Under the pieces are notes generated by a model that saw only the letters and a program-made list of their open reading frames with translations, ran no database searches and was not told where the DNA came from. Position numbers and translations under genes: made by a program. Shown piece after piece: positions 17,638 through 26,185 of a DNA stretch of 64,000 nucleotides (positions are counted from its first letter, which is position 1; each line of letters starts with the position of its first letter). Source of the DNA: Thermoplasmatota archaeon (GTDB lineage: Archaea > Thermoplasmatota > E2 > JACPAO01 > JAHFTW01); the NCBI GenBank assembly GCA_038046725.1, contig JBBSVQ010000018.1:24168-88167 (forward strand). Direction: 5' to 3'.

Positions 17638-19152
17638 TCAAGCGGCGACCGGTTCGGGGACCGGAAGGGCGACCAGCTTGGCCAACGGCGACGCCGTGAT
17701 CAGGGATTCGCCCTGCAGCAGCGTGCCCGTGAAGGCAATGGTTCCGCCGGCGTTCTCCGTCGCGTCCGGCTCGGTGCAGTCGCCGCGGCACATGTCGGCG
17801 AAGGCCGCCCACGGGCGCCCCTCGGGGTCGATGGTCAAGTCGATGAAGTCGCCGAGTCCGCCGCAGCGCGTGTTGCCGCACGGTCCGCGGGCGATGGGGT
17901 CGCTCGGGTCGTTGGCAAGGACCGTTGCAATCAGCGGGTCGGTCGCGGTTGCATTGTACAGGATGGTCAGGTAGGCGTTCCACGCCATCTCCTCGTCTGC
18001 GGCCTCGTAGCCGTCGGGGTGGGTGAGGCCGATGTACGCAACGGCGACCTTGCCGTCTGCGCCGGCGTAGACGGCTGGGAAACTCGTGGCGGTGACGCCG
18101 GGCGGCGCGACCATGATGGGCGTGCGCCAGGAGTTGCCGTTGTCCGTCGACACGCCGAGGTAGGGCAGGCCGTCGGCGCCGATGTAGAAGGCATAGAGGT
18201 TGTCTGCCAGGTCGGCGGCGACGCGCACCTCGTGCCCCTGCACGCCGGTTTCGGAGCTGACGATGGCGCGGTTCCAGGTGAGGCCGTCGTTCTCGGAGAC
18301 GGCGACTTCGGGGTGGCCGCATTGGCCCTTGGGCATGAGGACGCGGCCGGCGTGGTCGGTCTCGACGTGGCCGTGCAATCCGCCGCACAACGTGGGGAGC
18401 TGGCCGTCGCCCGGAGACTCGACGCCGGGGTACACGAGGATCTGTGGGCCGAAGCCGATGCCGCCGTTGAGGCTCGAGGAGCAGGACGAGTCGCCGACGC
18501 GGTTGATGCAGTAGTAGACGACGTTCGGGTAGCCGACGGTGGTGACCGTGCGCGGCGCGCCCGTGGCGACGGTCTGGTGGTCCTGGCCGCCGGGGGGCAG
18601 GCCGCCGCCCGCGGGGTTGCACTGCCAGGTCTCGCCCTTGTCGTCCGTGTAGTGCAGCGTGCTCGTGACGAGGGCATGCAGGTCGCTGGCGAAGACGCGG
18701 CCCGTGTCGCGGTCGACGTGGACGTAGGGGTCGTTCGAGTTCGGGAAGCACACCTGGCCGATGGGGAGGTTGGGTCCAATCTCAGTCCAGTTGGCGGCCT
18801 GGTCGCAGGACATGAAGATGCGCGTCCCGCTGCCCGTGCCGCGGAAGTGCGTGAAGAACAGGCAGCCGTCGGGGTCGGAGCCGATGGTGGGCTCGAAGGT
18901 GGACACGGGGAGGTAGCGCGCGGCGCCGACGGGGACCAGGTCCAGGTTGGGCTGCACGACGCCGGCGAACGTCGCGTTCACGTCCGGCGTCGCCGGCGCC
19001 TTGTGGTAGTAGGCCGCCGTCGGCAGGCCAAGCGGGTGCTCGGAGCCTTGCATGACTGCGCCGGGGTCGTCGGGGGTGCCGCCTGACGAGGAGTCAAGGC
19101 AACCGGACAGGACCGTGAGGGCCAGGAGGCCGGCGAGGAACAATGCGCGCAT
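17638..19152 (-). CDS. Lipoprotein with BNR/Asp-box repeats (sialidase-like beta-propeller)
   Basis: Lipobox LTVLSGC; FEPTIG; Asp boxes TDDKGETW, SENDGLTW, STDNGNSW. Confidence 0.75.
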   Translation of the reverse strand: MRALFLAGLLALTVLSGCLDSSSGGTPDDPGAVMQGSEHPLGLPTAAYYHKAPATPDVNATFAGVVQPNLDLVPVGAARYLPVSTFEPTIGSDPDGCLFFTHFRGTGSGTRIFMSCDQAANWTEIGPNLPIGQVCFPNSNDPYVHVDRDTGRVFASDLHALVTSTLHYTDDKGETWQCNPAGGGLPPGGQDHQTVATGAPRTVTTVGYPNVVYYCINRVGDSSCSSSLNGGIGFGPQILVYPGVESPGDGQLPTLCGGLHGHVETDHAGRVLMPKGQCGHPEVAVSENDGLTWNRAIVSSETGVQGHEVRVAADLADNLYAFYIGADGLPYLGVSTDNGNSWRTPIMVAPPGVTATSFPAVYAGADGKVAVAYIGLTHPDGYEAADEEMAWNAYLTILYNATATDPLIATVLANDPSDPIARGPCGNTRCGGLGDFIDLTIDPEGRPWAAFADMCRGDCTEPDATENAGGTIAFTGTLLQGESLITASPLAKLVALPVPEPVAA

Positions 19153-19205
19153 GCTGGCATCGAGGCCGGGGGGGCTACTTCGGCTTTGCGCGCCTTGGGG
19201 GGCGC

Positions 19206-20399
19206 TCAGGCCTTGACGCCGGCGAACTTCAGGATGAGTTTGTACGTCTCATCGATGCTCTGGTGCGCCGTGTTGAGGACGACGCACTTGGCGCGGCGGG
19301 CCTCGTTGCGGAAGAAGTCCTCCTGGCGCTTGTGGTCCGGCGCCAGCAGGTACGGGTTGTACCACGGCTCGGAGGCGTACGTGCCCCACTTCTCGCGCGG
19401 GCCCGCTCCGGGGCGGATGAGGGTGCGTCCCTCTTGCAGGAGTTTGACGAGGGAGTCCTCGTTCAGTTCGACGACGGACGGCTCCTTGTCGTCGCGGCGC
19501 AGGAGGACGATGAGGTCGATGCGGGTCTCGTCCTTGACGCGCTCGGCGCCCATCATCCACTCGCGGGGCAGCAGGGCGCGGGAGTTGCCGAAGCCCCAGT
19601 AGCAGTACGGGTAGCCCTGCTTGAACATGCAGTGGCCCTTCTGGCACGACGGAGCCTCGCACTTGCCCTCCTCGCGCACGACGTTCTCGACCTTGCAGCG
19701 GTCGAAGGTCGGGATGAGCCAGGGCTCGTTCTCGGCGTTCTCGGTGCGCACGTAGAGCGCGACCTCGGGCTGGTACACGTGCAGCCGCTCCTCCTTGGAG
19801 ATGCCCGTCGGGTGGTGGATGTAGATCCAGTCGTCGCCGATGACCTTGCCCGTCGGGTGCTGCATCAGGCGGTTGACTTGCGTCGTCTTGCCGGTGCCCG
19901 TGGGCGCGATGATGACGATGCCCTTGCCGTCCACTTCCGCAGCGGCGCCGTGGATGGAGTGCGTGTCGAACTTGCGTTCGAGAACGACGGCGGCGAGGCC
20001 GAGGGCCCAGGACTTGCATTGGCCGTAGTAGTCCGTGTTGACGAACAGCGCGGTGTCGAGGGAGGGGCAGTAGTACGCGTGCACCTTGTGGTTGGGGACG
20101 CCGACGATGGAGTAGAGGTGGCCGTGCGGCTTGATGTCGTCGCCGGCGGCGTGCCAGTTCTCGGTCCAGAACTCGTACTGGTGGCGCGAGTTGGTGACCA
20201 GCTCGATGATGATGCCGTCGATGTTGGCCTTGCGCCGGAACGTCTCGCCGAACTTGAGGTGGGGCAAGCATTCGTCGAGCAGCTTGTGCATGCGCTCGGC
20301 GGAGAGGTCCTTGGTGGACTCGACGCGGCCGGAGGCCAGCGTGTGGTAGTTGTCCAGGTCCGCATTCCCCTTCTTCTGCACGGCGATGGCGTTCGGCAT
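19206..20399 (-). CDS. PEPCK/HPr-kinase-like P-loop protein of unknown function
   Basis: IHGAAAEVDGKGIVIIAPTGTGKTT (His plus Walker A) and IGDDW (DD motif). Own ATG and upstream TTATAG; also in frame with the upstream DAO. Confidence 0.7.
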   Translation of the reverse strand: MPNAIAVQKKGNADLDNYHTLASGRVESTKDLSAERMHKLLDECLPHLKFGETFRRKANIDGIIIELVTNSRHQYEFWTENWHAAGDDIKPHGHLYSIVGVPNHKVHAYYCPSLDTALFVNTDYYGQCKSWALGLAAVVLERKFDTHSIHGAAAEVDGKGIVIIAPTGTGKTTQVNRLMQHPTGKVIGDDWIYIHHPTGISKEERLHVYQPEVALYVRTENAENEPWLIPTFDRCKVENVVREEGKCEAPSCQKGHCMFKQGYPYCYWGFGNSRALLPREWMMGAERVKDETRIDLIVLLRRDDKEPSVVELNEDSLVKLLQEGRTLIRPGAGPREKWGTYASEPWYNPYLLAPDHKRQEDFFRNEARRAKCVVLNTAHQSIDETYKLILKFAGVKA

Positions 20400-21389
20400 T
20401 GGGGTCCCAGCTTTGGCCACGGAAAGGGGACTATAACGGTTTGCGGACGCGGCGGCCACCTCGTGCGCGGGGCTGCGCTCGTCCACGAGCGCGACGACTT
20501 CGTCTGCGCAGCCCCACGACAAGGTCACGCCGGAGCCGCCGTGGCCGTAATTGTGGATGACCGACACCGGCCCGGAGTCATCGCGCTCCAACCGGATGCT
20601 CGGCCGCCCCGGCCGAAGCCCGACGGCACGCGACAGCACGGCGGCGCCGGCGAGGGCAGGCTCCTCGGCCAGCCCGCGGCGCAGCAGGTCCGCTTCGACG
20701 GCCGCGTCGGCAACGATTCCTTCGGCGCCACGCACCGCCGTGCCGCCGATGACCACGCCATCGCGCCGCGGGATGACGTACGTAGGCGGATCCGATTCGA
20801 CCAGGACGGCCGAGCGCACGCCGGGTGCATGCACGCGCACGACTTGGCCCTGGATGGCCACAAGGCTGGCGTCCTGTGCAAGCTCGCGGGCGCCAAGCCC
20901 GCTGCAGTTGACGATGAGGTCCGTGGGGCCCGCCTGGGCAAGGTTGGACAGCCGTCGCTGCTCAAAGCGCACGCCAAGGCGCGTCGCCCAGGCCTCGAGG
21001 AAGGCCATGTAGGCAGGCATCGCCACGACCGGGACGCGGCAAGTGAAGGCGTGGCCCCACGCGGATTTTCCCGGCAAGACTCGAAACTCGTCCACGGCAT
21101 CGGCCCACCAAGGCTTGGCCTCCGGGTCCACGATGCGTGTCGGCGTCCAGACGACGCCACTCCCCGGATCCTTGGCCAGCGTGCGCAACGCCGCAAGCGA
21201 CGAGGTGGCCCAGGCCAGGATTCGGGCGCGCGGCTCGGCGAGGTAGGGGAAATGGATGGCGGCGGCCACGTCGCTCGTCGTGTGCGGCGTGCGGCGTTCG
21301 GCCACAATGCGCACGGCGTGGCCGGCCTCGGCGAGGCGGATGGCGCTGCTCAAGCCGATGACGCCGGCGCCCACGACGGTGACGCGCAT
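20400..21389 (-). CDS. D-amino-acid oxidase; no stop before the downstream P-loop ORF (one open frame 21389-19206)
   Basis: VTVVGAGVIG FAD motif; VIHNYGHGGSGVTLSWGCA fits the DAO signature; VGLRPGRP. Confidence 0.85.
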
Positions 21390-21456
21390 CGCCCGTCACC
21401 GGGCCGCCCCGCGTTTGAGGCTGTTGGGTTATGTCCCCCGCCGCGGTGGCGCCAGC

Positions 21457-22149
21457 GTGGACAAGGACGCCCTCAAGCGCGCGGCCGGCGAAGCCGCGGC
21501 GGCCCTCGTGACGGACGGCATGGTCGTGGGCCTGGGTACGGGGTCGACGGTGCGCTTCACCATCGACGCGCTCGGCCGGCGCGTCAAGGAGGGCCTGCGC
21601 ATCCGCGGCGTCCCCACGTCGAAGGCCAGCGAGGACCAAGCGCGCCGCCTGGGGATTCCGCTCACCACGCTCGACGACGTCGCCGTCGTGGACCTCACCA
21701 TCGATGGCGCCGACGAGTTCGATCCGCAGCTTCGCCTCATCAAGGGCGGCGGCGGTGCGCTGACGCGCGAAAAGGTCGTCGCCAAGGCCAGCCGTCGCAT
21801 GGTCGTCGTCGCGGACGCCTCGAAGCAGACGGAACGCCTCGGCTCGACGTTCGCGTTGCCCATCGAGGTCATCGACCTCGCCAAGGGACCGCTGCTGCGC
21901 AAGCTCGCCGGCCTCGGCGCCAGCGCCAAGGTGCGCCTCGCCGCGGACGGAGCCCCCTACCGCACGGACAACGGCCACCTCGTCGTGGACGCCAAGTTCG
22001 CGCACATCGCGCAACCCCAGGAACTCGAACAGACCCTCGAAGCCATGCCTGGCGTGCTCGCCTGCGGCCTGTTCCTTGGCCTGTGCGACACCGTCATCCT
22101 GGGCACACCCGACGGGGTCAAGACCGTCAAGGCGCGGGCCCCGTCCTAG
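21457..22149 (+). CDS. rpiA: Ribose-5-phosphate isomerase A
   Basis: VGLGTGST, DLTIDGADE, LIKGGGGALTREK, RTDNG. Confidence 0.96.
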   Translation: MDKDALKRAAGEAAAALVTDGMVVGLGTGSTVRFTIDALGRRVKEGLRIRGVPTSKASEDQARRLGIPLTTLDDVAVVDLTIDGADEFDPQLRLIKGGGGALTREKVVAKASRRMVVVADASKQTERLGSTFALPIEVIDLAKGPLLRKLAGLGASAKVRLAADGAPYRTDNGHLVVDAKFAHIAQPQELEQTLEAMPGVLACGLFLGLCDTVILGTPDGVKTVKARAPS

Positions 22150-22206
22150 GGTCCGGGCAGCTCGGGCTGGCGCCTGCCGCCTCGGCTTGCGCGGTTGCGC
22201 GGCGCC

Positions 22207-22569
22207 TCAGGTCAATTGCTGCTTGATGACGTTGAGTGCCTTCTCGAAGGCCGCAATCACGCCGCGCGCCTGCGCCTCGTAGTAGCGGCGAATGTCGTCG
22301 CGGTTGGCCACGAGGCGGTAGCGATGCATCGGGCGCCCTTTTCCCTCACGCGGAACGGCGTCGAAGGCGACCCAGTGCCGGTCACGCAGCTCCTGCATGC
22401 CAACGGAGACCTCGGGCTGCCGCAGCCCTGTGGATTCCACGATGTCGCGCGTCCCCAGGGGCTGACCTCCCGCAAGGGAAGCCACGAGGGCTGCTTCCAC
22501 GCGCTTGGCGCCCAATTGCTGCAGGGCCTCCGACAACTCGGCTCCGGCGGACAAGTTCAGGTAAGCCAT
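22207..22569 (-). CDS. Archaeal winged-HTH transcriptional regulator
   Basis: TRDIVESTGLRQPEVSVGMQEL helix-turn-helix; GKGRPMHRYRL wing. Confidence 0.8.
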   Translation of the reverse strand: MAYLNLSAGAELSEALQQLGAKRVEAALVASLAGGQPLGTRDIVESTGLRQPEVSVGMQELRDRHWVAFDAVPREGKGRPMHRYRLVANRDDIRRYYEAQARGVIAAFEKALNVIKQQLT

Positions 22570-22752
22570 GGGGACCGAACCCCCTCTGTTGCGCCCAGAC
22601 TATTTGAGTCCGACACGCAAGATATATCTCCTAAACATCGCGGCGTCGGAGGGCCGGCAGGGAGCTTGGTCTGGGCTGGCCCCAGCGTGGCCCGGAGTGC
22701 CCCCGCGCACCCTCCTGGCAGCCTTTTCAACGACTCCGGCGTCGGCAACGCG

Positions 22753-23325
22753 ATGACAACGAACGACAAGGCCCTCCTCGAGCCCGGGACCCCCCTGGCC
22801 TATTCCGAGGAGCTCCTGCCCGGCTCCGGCACGTACGACGACGGGACGCAGATCCGCGCCGCCGTGTACGGGACCCAGCACATCGACCCCGAGACCATGG
22901 CGGTCTCCGTGGTCCCGGCCGGCAGGGCCGTCGCCAGCATCGAGCGCGGCGACGTCCTCATTGGCCAAGTGACCTACATCAAGCCCGAGGCCCTCGCCTC
23001 CGTCAAGGTCATCTCCGTGCGCGGCAAGGAAGGCCGCAGCCTGCTGACCCCTCTGGAGGCCACGCTGCATGCCTCGAAGATTGACACGCGCTACGTCAAG
23101 TTCGTCGATGAGGAGTACAAGACGGGCGACCTGATTCGCGCCAAGGTCATCAGCCTGAAGGGCGGACCGCAACTGGCCACCGACAAGCCGGACCTCGGCG
23201 TCGTGAAGGCCTGGTCGAGCGACGGCGTCCCCCTCGTGCGCGACGGCAACAAACTCAAGGACCCCGAGTCCGGCCAAGTGCACCACCGCAAACTGGCGTC
23301 GGACTACGGCTCCGGCACGGTCTGA
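22753..23325 (+). CDS. csl4: Exosome RNA-binding subunit Csl4
   Basis: PGTPLAYSEELLPGSGTY, S1 domain (GDVLIGQV...LHASKI...GDLIRAKV), RKLA at the C-terminus; near rpoL. Confidence 0.88.
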   Translation: MTTNDKALLEPGTPLAYSEELLPGSGTYDDGTQIRAAVYGTQHIDPETMAVSVVPAGRAVASIERGDVLIGQVTYIKPEALASVKVISVRGKEGRSLLTPLEATLHASKIDTRYVKFVDEEYKTGDLIRAKVISLKGGPQLATDKPDLGVVKAWSSDGVPLVRDGNKLKDPESGQVHHRKLASDYGSGTV

Positions 23326-23375
23326 AGCGCAGGCGTTCCGGCCGAACAGCTTCCGGCCGTCGCGCGTGCTGACCG

Positions 23376-24008
23376 CTAGAGGAACAGGGGCGGCAGCGTC
23401 GGCGTCGGGATGGGCAGCGTCGGCAGGATGGACGTCGTGGTCGTGCTGGCCGAGGACGTCGTGGCCGTGGAACTGCTTGTGCTAGTTGACGTCGTTCCCG
23501 TGGGGATGGGCAGGGTCGGCAGACCCGTGGTCGTCGTCGCGCTCGCGGAGGCGGAGGTGGCCGAGGCCGATGCGCTCGCAGCGGCTGCGGACGTGGAGGC
23601 TGCGGCCGCCGTGGAAGTCGCTCCGGCCGCCGCAGGCGCCCCGGATGAGGGCGCTGCGCCGCCGGCCTGCGTTCCGCCGTCCCCCGTCGCGACGGGCGAG
23701 CCCGTGCCGGCGCCAGGTGCCCCCTGGGCATCCGCGCCGGCGCCGCCACCGGCAAGCCCGTCGGGCCCCGTGTCAGGCGTGGGATTGGAAGCGGAGGACG
23801 TGAGGTAAATCGCGGCTGCGACGCCGAGGCCGGCAATCGCAACGAGCGCAACGACGACGGCCAGCGGGGGGCGCCTCACCAGTGGCACCGGGGTCGACGG
23901 CCTGCCTGGCGCGGGGAGGCCGGCCCTGGGCGCGGCCCCTGCCGGGCCCAGGGCGGGAGTTGCAGCCGGCCGGGGGACGCTGCCATCCCTCGGCCCGTTG
24001 TGCACCAT
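23376..24008 (-). CDS. Membrane-anchored Ser/Thr/Ala/Pro-rich low-complexity protein
   Basis: One TM (LAVVVALVAIAGLGVAAAIYL), then a Thr/Ser-rich tail with repeated LPTLPIPT. Confidence 0.55.
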   Translation of the reverse strand: MVHNGPRDGSVPRPAATPALGPAGAAPRAGLPAPGRPSTPVPLVRRPPLAVVVALVAIAGLGVAAAIYLTSSASNPTPDTGPDGLAGGGAGADAQGAPGAGTGSPVATGDGGTQAGGAAPSSGAPAAAGATSTAAAASTSAAAASASASATSASASATTTTGLPTLPIPTGTTSTSTSSSTATTSSASTTTTSILPTLPIPTPTLPPLFL

Positions 24009-24132
24009 CGACCCGTCCCTGGCCTGTCCGATGCATTGACGGTTGCGGCCAAGACTCAAATAGTGCCTCCCGGGGCCAAGCGATGGCCCGCGGCCCGCCT
24101 TGCTTAAATACCACCTCAAAGTCGCCGCGTCC

Positions 24133-24420
24133 GTGAAGCTGAACCTTCTCAGCAAGACCGACAACGAGATGGAGATCGAGGTCCACGGGGAGAACGAGAC
24201 GCTCCTCAACCCCATCAAGCAGGCGTTGCTCGGGGACAAGGACATCGACTTCGCCGAGTACATCATCGAGCACCCGAGCCTCGCGGTCCCGAAGATCTTC
24301 ATCCGCACCAAGGGCAAGGTCAAGCCCGAAGTCGTCCTGAAGCGCACCATCAAGGCCCTCGTTGCCGAGTTCGACGAGTTCGAGACCGGCTTCGCGGCTC
24401 AACTCAAGAAGCGCAACTGA
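24133..24420 (+). CDS. rpoL: RNA polymerase subunit L (Rpo11)
   Basis: EIEVHGENETLLNPIKQALL, FAEYIIEHP. TTAAATA about 25 nt upstream supports a GTG 24133 start. Confidence 0.9.
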   Translation: MKLNLLSKTDNEMEIEVHGENETLLNPIKQALLGDKDIDFAEYIIEHPSLAVPKIFIRTKGKVKPEVVLKRTIKALVAEFDEFETGFAAQLKKRN

Positions 24421-24574
24421 CAAACGTCAGTTGACAACCAACTGGCAAACGCCAGTTGACAACGTTGGGTGACGGCGGGGGCTTCGCTTCGCTCAGCCCC
24501 CGGGAGAACCCCGCTCGGCGCCGGCGCTTCGCCTGCCGGCGGCCAAACCGCGTCGCCCTGCCAATCGCTTGAAC

Positions 24575-24744
24575 GCGCGCGTTCCTTCTCGCACAAGTCC
24601 AACGCCTTCCGACGCCGACGTCGGCGGCTTGCTCATGCGACACGCTGCCAAGAGGCGCCCCGCGCAGCCATCCCTCGTCTTGGTGTGGCCGTCGCCGGAG
24701 CCGTCGGAAGACGTTGGCCCGACATGAAAGCCCAGAACGGGCGC
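24575..24744 (-). mobile_element. Family B MITE-like element
   Basis: GCGCGCGTTC...CCAACGCCTTCCGACGCCGAC; core GGCGCCCCGCGC; ...CCCAGAACGGGCGC. Confidence 0.72.
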
Positions 24745-24772
24745 TGTCTTGCTTGCCCAGCGAAGTGAAATC

Positions 24773-26080
24773 ATGGCCGCGAGTGCCCCAACTGTGTCCC
24801 GACCGCAGCCCCCCGCCGAAGAGCAAGCCCTCGGCCTGCGGTCCTACCTCACCACGACGCCCGGCATCGGCGGCAAGCTGCGCACGGAAGCCGAGGACTT
24901 CGTCGTCATCGAGACCGGCGCCGGCCCCGACCGCTTCGACGCCGGCGCACACACGGCCGCCCGCGTGCGACTGAAGAACTGGGAGACCAACCGCTTCGCC
25001 GGCCAGGCCGCGCGCGTGCTGGGAATCCACCATGACCAAGTCGCCTTTGCGGGCATGAAGGACAAGCGCGCCGTCACCGAGCAATGGTTCACGTTCAAGG
25101 TTCCGCCCTCCGCCCTCGGTGAGTTGGGCAAGCTCGCGGACGTGCAGGTGCTCGAATCGTACGCGACGCGCAAGGCGCACTTCACGGGCGCGCACGCCGG
25201 CAACAAGTTCGTGCTGCGCGTGCGCGACTCCACGCGTGACCGCCAAGCCGTCGAGGGCGCCGTCGCCGCCATCCGCAGCGAAGGCGGCGTTCCGAACTTC
25301 TTCGGCCCGCAGCGCTTCGGCGGCCACTTCCGCCCCGTCACGCACCTCGTCGGCAAGGCCCTCGTGGAGGCCGACCTCGAGGAGGCCGTGCGCCTGTATG
25401 CCGGCAACCCGATGCCGGGAGAGCAGGAGGAGGCGCAAGCCGCGCGCAAGGTGTACGACGACACCCGCGACCCCGCCGCCGCCTTGGAGCTGTACCCGCC
25501 CAAACTCGACCCGGAACGCGCCATCCTGCAGCGCCTCGTCAAGCGGCCCGGCGACTTCCGCTACGCCATGCAGGCACTGCCAGAGAACCTCGTGCAGCTC
25601 TTCGTGCACGCCCACCAGTCGTGGCTGTTCAACCAGATTCTGTCGGCGCGCGTCGAAGCGGGCCTCGGCCTCGGCACGGCCCATGAGGGCGACCTCGTCA
25701 TGGGCGTCGACGACGACGGAATCCGCGTCCACAAGGTGTCCGCCATCAACCAAGCCAAGGTGCAGCGGGAACTGGACCTCGGCCGCGCCACGATTACGGC
25801 GCCCCTCGTCGGCCTCAGCAGCCCGCTCGCGAGCGGCGCCCCGGGCGAGATCGAGGAGGCCGTGCTCCTGGAGAATGACATCCAACCGCAGGACTTCCGC
25901 GTGCGCGAGCTTCCCGAAGTCGCCTCCGACGGGCGGCGCCGCGGCATCCTGCAACCCGTGCGCGACCTCGACGTCACCTGGGTCGACGGCGACCCGGTCT
26001 TCGCCTTCGCCCTCGGCAAGGGCAGCTACGCCACCGTCGTGCTGCGGGAATTCATGAAGGCGCCCATCGCCGACTACTAG
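24773..26080 (+). CDS. truD: tRNA pseudouridine(13) synthase
   Basis: GIGGKLRTEAEDFVVIE, FAGMKDKRAVTEQW, GNKF, PNFFGPQRFG, FALGKGSYATVVLRE. Confidence 0.95.
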   Translation: MAASAPTVSRPQPPAEEQALGLRSYLTTTPGIGGKLRTEAEDFVVIETGAGPDRFDAGAHTAARVRLKNWETNRFAGQAARVLGIHHDQVAFAGMKDKRAVTEQWFTFKVPPSALGELGKLADVQVLESYATRKAHFTGAHAGNKFVLRVRDSTRDRQAVEGAVAAIRSEGGVPNFFGPQRFGGHFRPVTHLVGKALVEADLEEAVRLYAGNPMPGEQEEAQAARKVYDDTRDPAAALELYPPKLDPERAILQRLVKRPGDFRYAMQALPENLVQLFVHAHQSWLFNQILSARVEAGLGLGTAHEGDLVMGVDDDGIRVHKVSAINQAKVQRELDLGRATITAPLVGLSSPLASGAPGEIEEAVLLENDIQPQDFRVRELPEVASDGRRRGILQPVRDLDVTWVDGDPVFAFALGKGSYATVVLREFMKAPIADY

Positions 26081-26095
26081 GAGACGCCGCCCAAC

Positions 26096-26158
26096 GAGCC
26101 ACGCAATCCACGGGGCCAAGGGAACGGCGGTTCCCTGTCTTCCGTGGATTCCGCGGCT
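26096..26158. repeat. Family A hairpin
   Basis: GAGCCACGCAATCCACGG ... CCGTGGATTCCGCGGCT. Confidence 0.75.
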
Positions 26159-26185
26159 GGTCGGGGGCTGGCCTTGGTTCGCTGT

